Source of the DNA: Archangiaceae bacterium
Lineage (GTDB): Bacteria > Myxococcota > Myxococcia > Myxococcales > Myxococcaceae
Assembly: GCA_040381015.1 (NCBI GenBank)
Contig: JBEIIB010000006.1
Coordinates: 1-64,000 of the forward strand
Length of the DNA stretch: 64,000 nt
Direction: 5' to 3'
In this document: positions 17,674 through 26,741 of the stretch, one piece after another
Layout of the letters: every line of letters starts with the position of its first letter
Numbering within the stretch: position 1 is the stretch's first letter
The notes under the pieces: model-generated
What the model was told of the DNA's origin: nothing
The model's database searches: none
The model's input: only the letters and a program-made list of their open reading frames with translations
Program-made: the position numbers and the translations under genes

Positions 17674-19070
17674 GGCGTCGGGGGCACGGCAGACTTCCCG
17701 GTCCGGCGGAAGTGGGCCTCGAGCACGGCCACCGCGCAGCTGGCGAGCCGGGTGCTGTCATCGTCGGCGCGGCTGGTGAGCATGATGGGCACCTTCGCTC
17801 CGACGACGAGCCCCGGGCCTTCGGCGTGCGCCACGAAGGCGAGCTCCTTCGCGAGCATGTTGCCCGCCTCGATGTTCGGCACCATCAACACGTTCGCCCG
17901 GCCCGCGACGAGCGAGGTGATGCCCTTGGTGCGCGCCGCCTTGAGCGACAACGCGTTGTCCATCGCGAGGGGGCCATCGACGATGCCGCCGACGATCTGC
18001 CCGCGCTCCGCCATCTTCGAGAGCACCGCTGCGTCGAGCGTCGACTGCATCGCCGGGTTGACGATCTCCACCGCCGACAGCACGCCCACCTTCGGCTGCG
18101 CGAAGCCCAGCGCCTGCGCGAGGAAGATGGCGTTCTGCACGATGTCGACCTTCTCCTCGAGGGTCGGCGCGATGTTGATGGCGGCGTCGGTGACGAGCAG
18201 TAGCTCTGGCAGCCCGGGTACGTCCATCACGAAGACGTGGCTGATGCGGCGCACGCCACGCAGCCCGCCGTCTTTGCGCACCACCGGCTTGAGCAGCTCG
18301 TCGGTGTGCAGCTTGCCCTTCATCACCGCCTGCACCACGCCCTGGTTGGCGAGCGCCACGGCCTTCTCGGCGGCACCGACCGCGCCGACGGCTCCGATCA
18401 GCTCGAGCCCATCGAGCGAGGCGTTGAGGGTCTTCGCCACGGCACGAATCTTCTCCACGTCGCCGATCAACACCGGCCGAATGAGCTCGTGCTTGAAGCC
18501 GAGCAGCGCACCGCCGAGCGAGGCTTCGTCTTCAGGGCACACCACGGCGGTGGCCAGCGGCTCCAGCGGCTCGCAGGCCTTCATCAGCCGCTCGATGTGC
18601 TGGTGGCGCACGACGGTGATCGCCGGCAGTTCGTCGTCGGACACCTCGATGCGCGTCGAGGGCGCAGTGACCTCGGCCTCGCCCACCGCGATGATTCGGC
18701 CGTCGGCCGTGGAGACCTGCGTGTCGAAGGTGACGCGGCCCTCGCTGTGCTTCGACTTCACGGTGACCTTCGCGGTGACGGTGTCACCAACCCGCGCGCG
18801 GTCGGGGAAGCGGAAGCTCTGGGCGAGGTAGCGCGTCCCGGGTCCGGGGAGCCGATTGCCCAGCACTGCCGACACCTGCGCGCCAGCCCACAACGAGGGC
18901 ACCACGGCGTCGCTCTTCCCGTCGCCGTCAGGATCGAACGTCGGCAGGACCAGCGGGTTCGAGTTCCCGCTCGCGCTCGCGAAGACCCAGAGGTCGTTCG
19001 CGGTCACCTGTCGCTGAATCGACGCGGTCGCGCCGATGACGAGCTCGTCGTACGTGGTGTTCCTGGCCAT
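17670..19070 (-). CDS. pta: bifunctional MaoC-like (hotdog) dehydratase / phosphate acetyl(butyryl)transferase
   Basis: N-terminal approx 135 aa is a MaoC-like hotdog fold. The C-terminal approx 320 aa is PTA_PTB (..GVLSAVEIVNPAMQSTLDAA..GGIVDGPLAMDNALS..VLMVPNIEAGNMLAK..). Confidence 0.85.
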   Translation of the reverse strand: MARNTTYDELVIGATASIQRQVTANDLWVFASASGNSNPLVLPTFDPDGDGKSDAVVPSLWAGAQVSAVLGNRLPGPGTRYLAQSFRFPDRARVGDTVTAKVTVKSKHSEGRVTFDTQVSTADGRIIAVGEAEVTAPSTRIEVSDDELPAITVVRHQHIERLMKACEPLEPLATAVVCPEDEASLGGALLGFKHELIRPVLIGDVEKIRAVAKTLNASLDGLELIGAVGAVGAAEKAVALANQGVVQAVMKGKLHTDELLKPVVRKDGGLRGVRRISHVFVMDVPGLPELLLVTDAAINIAPTLEEKVDIVQNAIFLAQALGFAQPKVGVLSAVEIVNPAMQSTLDAAVLSKMAERGQIVGGIVDGPLAMDNALSLKAARTKGITSLVAGRANVLMVPNIEAGNMLAKELAFVAHAEGPGLVVGAKVPIMLTSRADDDSTRLASCAVAVLEAHFRRTGKSAVPPTP

Positions 19071-19126
19071 TCGCCGACGCTACGTCGGGCAGCCCGTTCG
19101 CTTCAGTGACTTTTTGGGAGCGCGCT

Positions 19127-20265
19127 TCAGAAGTCCCACGAGAACGCGCCGCCAGCCCCCGTGGGGAGCAGCCACGCCGACGCCTTCGGGCCACGGTACG
19201 ACTGGTACTTGTTCGGGTCCTCTCCGATGAGGAAGAGCACGGTCGCGGTGACGGCGCCCGCGAGGCCGAGCCCACCCGCGACGTACGAGATGGCGAGCTG
19301 GCTGTTGATCTTGTTCCGCAGGTCTTCGGCCTTCTTGCGCACCTCGGGGTCCTCCCTCTCGACGAGCGACGAGCGAAGGCCAGCGAAGGAGTTCTCCTGC
19401 GAGGTGTCGCCGTACGATGCCTGCGCCTGCCCCTGCATGATGCCGAAGGTCGCGATGCCAGCGACCGCCACACCCGCCGCGATGAACGCGCCGATGCGCA
19501 GGCCCCACTGCTTCTTCTCGTAGCCGTCGATGAAGTCGGGGCTGGGCATCAAGCGCACGGCCTCTTCCGTCACCTGGTCAGGCGCCACCTTCACCTGCTT
19601 CTGGACCGACGTGAACCCTTCCTTCTCGATGCGAAGCACGTGGGGGCCACCCGGCACCTGCAGCCGCTGCGTCATCGGCGTGGTGCCCAGCTGCGTCCCG
19701 TCGACCTTCACCACCGAGCCGTCCTCCGACGCGATGACGACGATGAAGCCCTGACGGCCGGTCAAGAGCGGCGAGATGAGCGCGGCGATGTTCTCGGTGA
19801 GCTTGCTGACGAGGTCGGCCTCGGAATTGCCCTTCACTTCACGTGAGCTGACCCGCTTGCCGGACTTGGTGTCGATGATGGAGAGGTCGAGCGTCAGGCC
19901 GGTGGTGGCCTTCTTCGCGTCGGTGAGGCGTGTGAGCCGGCCGTTCACCATGAAGTCGACGCCGAGCTGCTCGGCGACGTTGCTGTTGCAGGAGTCATCG
20001 TTGCAGCCCAGCAACTGGCGCTGCCGGTCGAGCGAGAGCAGGGCGCGCACCTGGTCCGACGTGGTGACGATGAAGAGGCCCGTGCGGTCGATCTCGGTGG
20101 CGACCGAGCCCGCCATCATCGCCGCGAGCGACTCGTTGCCGGCTGACGTCTGGAAGTCGGGCACCGCCATCTTCGGGTTGGCCTTTCCATCGGCGACGCG
20201 GGCCACGTCAGTGAGCGTCGGCGCAGCCTGGCTGAGCAGTGTGGCAAGTGTAGCGGCGAGCAGCA
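19127..20265 (-). CDS. secreted PEGA-domain protein with C-terminal TM helix
   Basis: Only the C-terminal approx 379 codons of the 978-codon ORF look genuine. They start at MLLAATLATLLSQAAP (signal peptide; ATG near 20263-20265). PEGA-like GFIVVIASEDGSVVKVDGTQLGTTPMTQRLQVPGGPHVLRIEKEGF. Hydrophobic segments near the C-terminus. The upstream 600 codons are Arg-rich antisense-type sequence. Confidence 0.65.
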
Positions 20266-20329
20266 TCGTTCGACCCCCGAATGAAGAGCAGCAACACCCT
20301 AATCCAACGCAACCCCGAACTTCAGTTCC

Positions 20330-22180
20330 TTGCGCACAGAGCCGGCACCCGAGGGTTGCGGCGCAACTCTTGCGCCGTCCACCGGGACGACGCAACGGCC
20401 GGCGGTCGGCGCGCGGCGTGCACTGCTGCCGAGGGTGCGCTCCATCGCCGACATTCTCGACGCGCACTCGGGCGATTCCACGCGGTTGGTGCAAATCCTC
20501 CTCGAGGTGCAGCGGGAGTCCGGCAACTGGTTGCCGGCAGGGGTTCTGACCGAGGTCGCCCGCGGCCTCGGCTTGCCGCGCGCGAAGGTCGAGGGCGTCG
20601 CCGGCTTCTACGCGTTCCTCCACCTGGTTCCGGTCGGCCGCTTCCGGGTGCTGGTGTCGGACAACATCACCGATCAATACGCGGGGAGCCGGGAGCTGTC
20701 GGGCGAGCTGTGTCGACGCCTGGGCGTGGAACGCGGGCACGTGCGCAGTGACGGTCGGGTCTCGGTCGACTTCACGTCGTGCACGGGACTGTGCGACCAG
20801 GCGCCAGCCCTGCTCGTCAACGGCGTCGCGGTGCCCCACGTCGTCGGAGCGCGCGTGGCCGAGGTGGTGCGGCTGATCGAAGCGAACACACCAGTCGAGT
20901 CGTGGCCCGTGGACTTGCGGCACGTCGAGGACGGCGTTCGCCTGGAAGGGCCGGTGCTGCGCGCGGTGGTGGAGCCGGGTGCGGCGCTGGAGAAGATGCT
21001 GCGGTCGTCGCCTGCCGAGGTGCTTCGCGTCCTCACCGAGTCGAAGCTGCGTGGCCGGGGCGGCGCCGGCTTCCCGGTCGCCACCAAATGGGACACCTGC
21101 CGAGAGGCGCCGGGTGACAGCGTGGTGGTGTGCAACGCCGACGAAGGAGAGCCCGGCACGTTCAAGGACCGGTTGCTCCTCGCGCATCGGGCCGACCTCG
21201 TCCTCGAGGGCATGACCATCGCCGCGCGCTTCACCGGCGCGACCGCGGGCTTCATCTACCTGCGCGGTGAGTACGCCTTCCTCGCGCCCCACCTCGAGGA
21301 CGTCATCGCTCGCCGCCGGGCTGCGAAGCTTCTCGGCACCTCCATCGCTTCGGAGCGCGGCTTCGACTTCGACGTCGAGCTGCACCTCGGCGCCGGGGCC
21401 TACGTCTGCGGCGAAGAGACCGCGCTGCTCGAGTCGCTCGAAGGCAAACGCGGCGTGCCCCGGCATCGGCCTCCGTTCCCTGTCACCCACGGTTACCTCG
21501 GCAGGCCCACCATCGTGAACAACGTCGAGACGTACGCCGACGCCGCCGTGGTGTTCGCCAACGGGCTCGACGCGTGGCGCGCGCTGGGCACCGAGCAGTC
21601 GAGCGGCTCGAAGCTCCTCTCGGTCGCTGGCGACGTCGACCGGCCCGGCATCTACGAGGTGCCGTGGGGCACGACGCTGCGTGACGTGCTGTCGCTCGCG
21701 GGCGCGCGCAACCCGAAGGCGGTGCAGGTCAGCGGGCCCTCGGGAGTGCTGGTGGGGCCGGAGCAGTTCGACCGCCGCCTCGCGTTCGAAGATCTGCCGT
21801 GCGCTGGCGCCATCGCCGTCTTCTCGGAAGCGCGCGACCTGCTCGAGGTCGTCGTGAACTACGCCCGCTTCTTCGCGCACGAGAGCTGCGGCTTCTGCAC
21901 GCCGTGCCGCGTGGGCACGCACGTCGCCGTGAGGAGCCTCGAGAAGCTGCGCGAAGGTCTCGGCTCCCAGACCGAGCTGCAGGAATTGGCGACGCTGACC
22001 CGGCTGCTGCGTGACACGTCTCACTGTGGCCTCGGGAGCACCGCACCCAACGCGTGGCGGCACTACCTCGACACGTTCGGCCTCGACGTGACCCGCCGCT
22101 TGAGCGCGACGTTTCAGCCTGCGTTCGACGTCGGCGCGGCGCTCCAGGGCGCGCGAGCCAGCCGGGGAGGCTCGACATGA
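20330..22180 (+). CDS. hoxF: NAD(P)-linked hydrogenase diaphorase subunit HoxF (NuoE-like N-terminus fused to NuoF-like FMN/NADH/4Fe-4S domain)
   Basis: NuoF motifs GAGAYVCGEETALLESLEG (FMN) and ESCGFCTPCRVG..SHCGLG (4Fe-4S). N-terminal NuoE-like segment has only the distal CxxxC (SCTGLCDQAP). The ORF opens with TTG 20330; an in-frame GTG at 20435 is an alternative start. Confidence 0.85.
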   Translation: MRTEPAPEGCGATLAPSTGTTQRPAVGARRALLPRVRSIADILDAHSGDSTRLVQILLEVQRESGNWLPAGVLTEVARGLGLPRAKVEGVAGFYAFLHLVPVGRFRVLVSDNITDQYAGSRELSGELCRRLGVERGHVRSDGRVSVDFTSCTGLCDQAPALLVNGVAVPHVVGARVAEVVRLIEANTPVESWPVDLRHVEDGVRLEGPVLRAVVEPGAALEKMLRSSPAEVLRVLTESKLRGRGGAGFPVATKWDTCREAPGDSVVVCNADEGEPGTFKDRLLLAHRADLVLEGMTIAARFTGATAGFIYLRGEYAFLAPHLEDVIARRRAAKLLGTSIASERGFDFDVELHLGAGAYVCGEETALLESLEGKRGVPRHRPPFPVTHGYLGRPTIVNNVETYADAAVVFANGLDAWRALGTEQSSGSKLLSVAGDVDRPGIYEVPWGTTLRDVLSLAGARNPKAVQVSGPSGVLVGPEQFDRRLAFEDLPCAGAIAVFSEARDLLEVVVNYARFFAHESCGFCTPCRVGTHVAVRSLEKLREGLGSQTELQELATLTRLLRDTSHCGLGSTAPNAWRHYLDTFGLDVTRRLSATFQPAFDVGAALQGARASRGGST

Positions 22181-22890
22181 GCGCGACGTTCACCCTCGAT
22201 GGAGTGGCGATTCCGTTCGAGCCCGGCCAGACGCTCATCGAGGCCGCGCGCGCGAAGGGCGTCTTCATTCCTTTCCTCTGCGCCCACCCGGAGTTCCCTG
22301 CCCACGGCTCGTGCCGCGTCTGCACCGTGTTGGTGAACGGCCGGTCCATGGCGTCGTGCACCACGAAGGCCGCCGAGGGCCTGGTCGTCGAGAGCAACAC
22401 CAGCGCGCTCGAGGGCGACCGACGGGCGCTGGTGCAGATGCTGTTCGTCGAGGGCAACCACTTCTGCCCCGGGTGCGAGAAGTCGGGAAGCTGCACGCTC
22501 CAGTCGCTCGGCACCGAGCTTGGTGTGACGTCGGCCGGGTTCGCCCACGAGTCGCCGACCCGCCCCGTCGACGCGTCACACCCCGACATCCTCCTCGACT
22601 TCAACCGCTGCATCCTCTGCGAGCTCTGTGTTCGCGCCTCGGCCGACGTCGACCACAAGGACGTCTTTGCGCTCTCGGGCCGCGGGCTGAGCAAGCACCT
22701 CATCGTGAACGCCGAGTCGGGCCGCCTCGCCGACACCGGCATGTCCACCACCGACAAGGCGATGACGGTGTGCCCGGTGGGCGTCATCTTGAGGAAGCGG
22801 GTTGGCTTTCACACGCCCATCGGTGAACGCCCGCACGACCTCGAGTCGCCCCGTCAGCACGTGGAGCACCCGAAGGGCAGGGCGCCATGA
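22177..22890 (+). CDS. hoxU: hydrogenase diaphorase subunit HoxU (NuoG-N-terminal-like 2Fe-2S / 4Fe-4S protein)
   Basis: MSATFTLDGVAIPF..GSCRVCTV (2Fe-2S ferredoxin-like), HFCPGCEKSGSC, CILCELCVRA (4Fe-4S). ATG overlaps the hoxF stop (ATGA). GGGGAGG RBS. Confidence 0.85.
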   Translation: MSATFTLDGVAIPFEPGQTLIEAARAKGVFIPFLCAHPEFPAHGSCRVCTVLVNGRSMASCTTKAAEGLVVESNTSALEGDRRALVQMLFVEGNHFCPGCEKSGSCTLQSLGTELGVTSAGFAHESPTRPVDASHPDILLDFNRCILCELCVRASADVDHKDVFALSGRGLSKHLIVNAESGRLADTGMSTTDKAMTVCPVGVILRKRVGFHTPIGERPHDLESPRQHVEHPKGRAP

Positions 22891-23426
22891 CGAACAGAGT
22901 GCGCATCGCGACCACGTCACTCGCGGGCTGCTTCGGCTGTCACATGTCGCTGCTCGACATCGACGAGCGCATCGTGCCGTTGCTCGCGCGCGTGCAGCTC
23001 GACCGCTCGCCATTGACGGACCAGAAGCACGCCGGGCCGTGCGCGGTCGGGCTCGTCGAGGGTGGCGTCTGCAACGAAGACAACCTGCGGGTGCTGCAGG
23101 AGTTCCGTGCGCAATGCACGGTGCTGGTGGCGGTCGGCGCGTGCGCCATCAACGGGGGGCTGCCCGCCCAGCGAAACCACTTCGAGGTCGGCGAGCTGCT
23201 GCGGCAGGTCTATTGCGAGGAACCCGGGCTCGCGCGCCGTGGCGTTCCCAACGACCCCGAGCTGCCGCTGCTGTTCGACAAGGTCCGGCCGCTCCACGAG
23301 CTGGTGAAGATCGACTACTTCATCCCCGGGGGCCCGCCGCCCGCCGAGGCGTTCTGGACGTTCTTGAACGACCTGTTGGACGGGCGCGAGCCACGGCTGC
23401 CGCCGGGAGCAATCCGGTATGACTGA
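22887..23426 (+). CDS. hoxY: [NiFe] hydrogenase small subunit HoxY (NuoB-like)
   Basis: SLAGCFGCHMSLLD..CAVGLVEGGVCN..AVGACAINGG are proximal-cluster Cys motifs of group 3 hydrogenase small subunits. ATGA overlap with hoxU. Confidence 0.9.
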   Translation: MTNRVRIATTSLAGCFGCHMSLLDIDERIVPLLARVQLDRSPLTDQKHAGPCAVGLVEGGVCNEDNLRVLQEFRAQCTVLVAVGACAINGGLPAQRNHFEVGELLRQVYCEEPGLARRGVPNDPELPLLFDKVRPLHELVKIDYFIPGGPPPAEAFWTFLNDLLDGREPRLPPGAIRYD

Positions 23427-24855
23427 CACGCTCCGAAGAATCGCCATCGACCCCGTCTCTCGCGTCGAGGGTCACGGGAAGGTGACGTTGCTCCTCGACG
23501 ACGCCGGCCACGTGCACGAGGCGCGGCTGCACATCGTCGAGTTCCGCGGCTTCGAGGCCTTCATCGTCGGACGGCCCTATTGGGAAGTGCCCGTCGTCGT
23601 GCAGCGCCTCTGCGGCATCTGCCCCGTCTCGCACAACCTCTGCGCGTCGAAGGCCCTCGACGCCGTCGTCGGCGCAGTCCCTCCTCCCTCCGCCGTGAAG
23701 CTGCGCCGCCTCATGCACGCGGGCCAGATGCTCCAGTCGCACGCGCTGCACTTCTTCCACCTCGCCTCGCCCGACCTGTTGTTCGGCTTCGACAGCGACC
23801 CCTCGAAGCGCAACCTGATGGGCCTCGTCGAGTCCCACCCCGAGATCGCCAAACAGGGCGTGATGCTGCGCAAGTTCGGCCAGCAGGTGCTCGAGGCCGT
23901 CTACGGCAAGCGCATTCATGGGACGGGCGCCATTCCAGGTGGCGTGAACAAACACCTGGCGCTCGCGGATCGCGACACGTTCCTCGCGCAGCTCCCACAG
24001 GTGAAGACGTGGGCGCTCGAGGCCGTCGCGCTCGCGCGGCAGCTCACCGAGTCGAACATGGCGCGGCACGTGGGCTTCGGCAGCGTGCCGTCGAACCTCC
24101 TGGGCCTGGTCGCCGCCGATGGCTCGCTCGACCTCTACGACGGCGCGCTGCGCGCGAAGGACGCCGAAGGCCGCGTGCTCTTCGGTGGCTTCGACGGGTC
24201 GACGTACCGGCAGCTGATTCGAGAAGAGGTGCGGCCGTGGTCGTACATGAAGTTCCCCTATCTCTCGGCCATGGGCCCCGAGGCAGGTTGGTACAAGGTA
24301 GGCCCGCTCGCGCGGCTGCAGGTGTGCGACCGCCTGTCGACGCCCCTGGCCGAGGCGGCGCGGCGGGACTTCATCGCCAGCTCGCCGAAGACGATTCACG
24401 CGCCGCTCGCGTCACACTGGGCGCGGCTCGTGGAGCTGTTGCACTCGGCCGAGGAGATCGAGCTCCTGCTCCATGACTCGGACCTGCTGCACGGCGACCT
24501 CGTCTCGACGGGGCAACGCCAACGCGAGGGCGTCGGTGTCATCGAGGCGCCGCGCGGCACGCTCATTCACCACTACGAGGTGGACGAGGACGACCTGGTG
24601 ACGCGCTGCAACCTCATCGTGTCCACCACCCACAACAACCAGGCCATGAACGAGGCGATTCGCTCGGTCGCGCGCCAGTACCTCGATGGGCGCAGCGTGA
24701 CCGAAGGCCTGCTGAACCACCTCGAAGTGGCGGTGCGGGCGTTCGACCCGTGCCTGTCGTGCGCGACCCACGCCATGGGCCAGATGCCGCTCGAGGTGAC
24801 GCTCGTCGACGCCGCGGGCGCCGTCGTCGACGTGATGCGCAGGGACGCGTCATGA
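23419..24855 (+). CDS. hoxH: [NiFe] hydrogenase large subunit HoxH
   Basis: N-terminal RLCGICPVSH (RxCGxC). C-terminal DPCLSCATH (DPCxxCxxH) Ni-Fe ligands. Confidence 0.9.
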   Translation: MTDTLRRIAIDPVSRVEGHGKVTLLLDDAGHVHEARLHIVEFRGFEAFIVGRPYWEVPVVVQRLCGICPVSHNLCASKALDAVVGAVPPPSAVKLRRLMHAGQMLQSHALHFFHLASPDLLFGFDSDPSKRNLMGLVESHPEIAKQGVMLRKFGQQVLEAVYGKRIHGTGAIPGGVNKHLALADRDTFLAQLPQVKTWALEAVALARQLTESNMARHVGFGSVPSNLLGLVAADGSLDLYDGALRAKDAEGRVLFGGFDGSTYRQLIREEVRPWSYMKFPYLSAMGPEAGWYKVGPLARLQVCDRLSTPLAEAARRDFIASSPKTIHAPLASHWARLVELLHSAEEIELLLHDSDLLHGDLVSTGQRQREGVGVIEAPRGTLIHHYEVDEDDLVTRCNLIVSTTHNNQAMNEAIRSVARQYLDGRSVTEGLLNHLEVAVRAFDPCLSCATHAMGQMPLEVTLVDAAGAVVDVMRRDAS

Positions 24856-25298
24856 AGTCACGCGCGCTCGTCTTCGGCTGGGGCAACCCCTCTCGTGGTG
24901 ATGATGGGCTCGGGCCCGCGTTCGTCGGCGAGGCCAAGCGGAAGCCTGGCGTGGAGCTCCTCGTCGACTACCAGCTGCAACCGGAGCATGCCCTCGACCT
25001 CGTCGGCCGCGACGAGGTCCTCTTCGTCGACGCCAGCACCACCACTCCCGAGCCCTTCGAAGTGTTCGAGGTCAGCCCGGGGCCGGCGGTGACGTTCACC
25101 ACCCACCACCTGTCGCCTGGCGCGCTGCTGGCCATCTTCGAGCGCATCACGGGAAGGCCCGCGCCGCGCTCGAGGGTTCTGGCGATTCGCGGCTGGTCGT
25201 TCGCGCTGGGGGAAGTGCTGAGCGAGCGGGGGCGGGCCAACCTCGACGCGGCCCTCGCGTGGTGGAACACGGAGCACCACGAGCGGCTCGCGCACTGA
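24852..25298 (+). CDS. hoxW: hydrogenase maturation endopeptidase HoxW/HycI family
   Basis: MKSRALVFGWGNPSRGDDGLGPAF matches the GxGNxxxxDDGxG signature. ATGA overlap with hoxH. Confidence 0.85.
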   Translation: MKSRALVFGWGNPSRGDDGLGPAFVGEAKRKPGVELLVDYQLQPEHALDLVGRDEVLFVDASTTTPEPFEVFEVSPGPAVTFTTHHLSPGALLAIFERITGRPAPRSRVLAIRGWSFALGEVLSERGRANLDAALAWWNTEHHERLAH

Positions 25299-25308
25299 GG
25301 CGATGACG

Positions 25309-26130
25309 CTACCTGCGACGCGCGCGCACGAACGGCAGCGTCGCCACGAAGCAGAGCGCGAGCAGCAGCACGATGGCCGCGCCCGACGGCGCGTTCAGTC
25401 GCGTCGAGACCAGCACCCCGCCGACGCCGCTCACGGTCGCCACGATGACGCTGGCCCACGTCAGGCCCGCCACGCTGCGCGCCACGTTCCGCCCGGCAGC
25501 CGCGGGCACGAGCAGCATCGCCTCGACCATCAACGCGCCCAACACCTTCACCGACGCCACGATGACGAGGGTGAGCAGGGTCACCAGGCCGTACTCGAGT
25601 GCGGCCGATGGGAGTCGCCGGGCCGCGGCGGTGCGGACGTCGAGCGCGTCGACGAGCAGCGCGTTGTGCCATCTCGCCAGGACGGCGAGGACCACGGCCA
25701 GCGTCACGCCCAGGACGGTGAGGTCGACCCGATTCACCGTGAGCACCGAGCCGAACATCACCGCTTCGAGTTGGTGCACGTTGAAGCGCTTCGTCACGAC
25801 GACGAGGAGCAGCACGCCGAGCCCGAGCGTGAAGGCGAGCAGCACGCCGACGAGCGTGTCGGACGGCAACGACGAGCGACGCCGAACGAAGACGAGCCCG
25901 ACGCCACACAGCAGCGAGAAGCCGAGCACGCTCGCCCAGGGTGCGTCGACCGGCTCGCCCAGCAACACGCCGAGCGAGACGCCCGTGAGCACCGCCTGGC
26001 CGAGCGCCGCCGAGAAGAAGGCGAGCCGCCTCGTCATCACCAGCGGGGACAACAGCCCGAGCATCGGCGCGGCGAGCAGCACCGCCAGGAGCGCGCGCTG
26101 CACGAAGTCGAGCGAGAGGGCCTGCGTCAT
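25309..26130 (-). CDS. metal ABC transporter permease (ZnuB/MntB, ABC-3 family)
   Basis: 273 aa, 8-9 TM helices, typical ABC-3 permease composition. Start overlaps the upstream ATPase stop. Confidence 0.85.
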   Translation of the reverse strand: MTQALSLDFVQRALLAVLLAAPMLGLLSPLVMTRRLAFFSAALGQAVLTGVSLGVLLGEPVDAPWASVLGFSLLCGVGLVFVRRRSSLPSDTLVGVLLAFTLGLGVLLLVVVTKRFNVHQLEAVMFGSVLTVNRVDLTVLGVTLAVVLAVLARWHNALLVDALDVRTAAARRLPSAALEYGLVTLLTLVIVASVKVLGALMVEAMLLVPAAAGRNVARSVAGLTWASVIVATVSGVGGVLVSTRLNAPSGAAIVLLLALCFVATLPFVRARRR

Positions 26131-26741
26131 GCCGCGCTCCCGGACAGCGAGGCGGTGCGCGTGGCGAGCTGCCCGACCGCCTCGAGGTCATGCGAGATCC
26201 ACAGGGTCGCGAGGCCCGTCGTTCGAGCGTCCCTCAGCGTCGTGAGCAGCCGGGCTCTGGCCGCGGCGTCGAGGCCGGCTTCGGGTTCGTCGAGGAGCAA
26301 CAGCGAAGGCTTCGTCGCCAGCGCGTCGGCGAGCAGCACGCGGCGCAGCTCACCTCCCGACAACTCGGACAGTCGAGCGCCGAGGAGGGCCGAGCACCCT
26401 GTGAGCTCGAGGGCCTGCTCCACGGCCCGCCGCGTGGCACGAGGGACGCCCAGCCACGAGGGCCGTGAGGTGCGTGAGGCGGCGAGGAACTCGAGCACCG
26501 TGACGGGCGTGGTCGCGAGCCCTTCGAAGCGCTGCGGCACGATGGCGAGCGTCTGGTTCGTGGCCAGCTCCAGCGTGCCTGTGAATGGCACCAGCCCCAG
26601 CACGCAGTCGAGGAAGGTCGACTTCCCGCTGCCGTTGGGACCGACGAGCGCGAGCACCTCACCACGAGACAGCTCGAGCGACAGCGGCCGTAACCGGCCC
26701 GGCACCGTGACCGCGCCTGCCACGAGGAGCCGCTCACTCAT
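26127..26741 (-). CDS. metal ABC transporter ATP-binding protein (ZnuC-like)
   Basis: Walker A GPNGSGKST. LSGGELRRV signature. LLLLDEPEAGLD Walker B. Genuine start MSERLL at 26739-26741. The longer ORF extension is antisense-like. Confidence 0.85.
   Translation of the reverse strand: MSERLLVAGAVTVPGRLRPLSLELSRGEVLALVGPNGSGKSTFLDCVLGLVPFTGTLELATNQTLAIVPQRFEGLATTPVTVLEFLAASRTSRPSWLGVPRATRRAVEQALELTGCSALLGARLSELSGGELRRVLLADALATKPSLLLLDEPEAGLDAAARARLLTTLRDARTTGLATLWISHDLEAVGQLATRTASLSGSAA

Noticed and set aside
20266-22063. N-terminal 600-codon extension of the 19127..22063 minus ORF
   Set aside because: Arg-rich antisense-type sequence lying opposite hoxF. Only the C-terminal 379 codons (signal peptide plus PEGA domain) look real.
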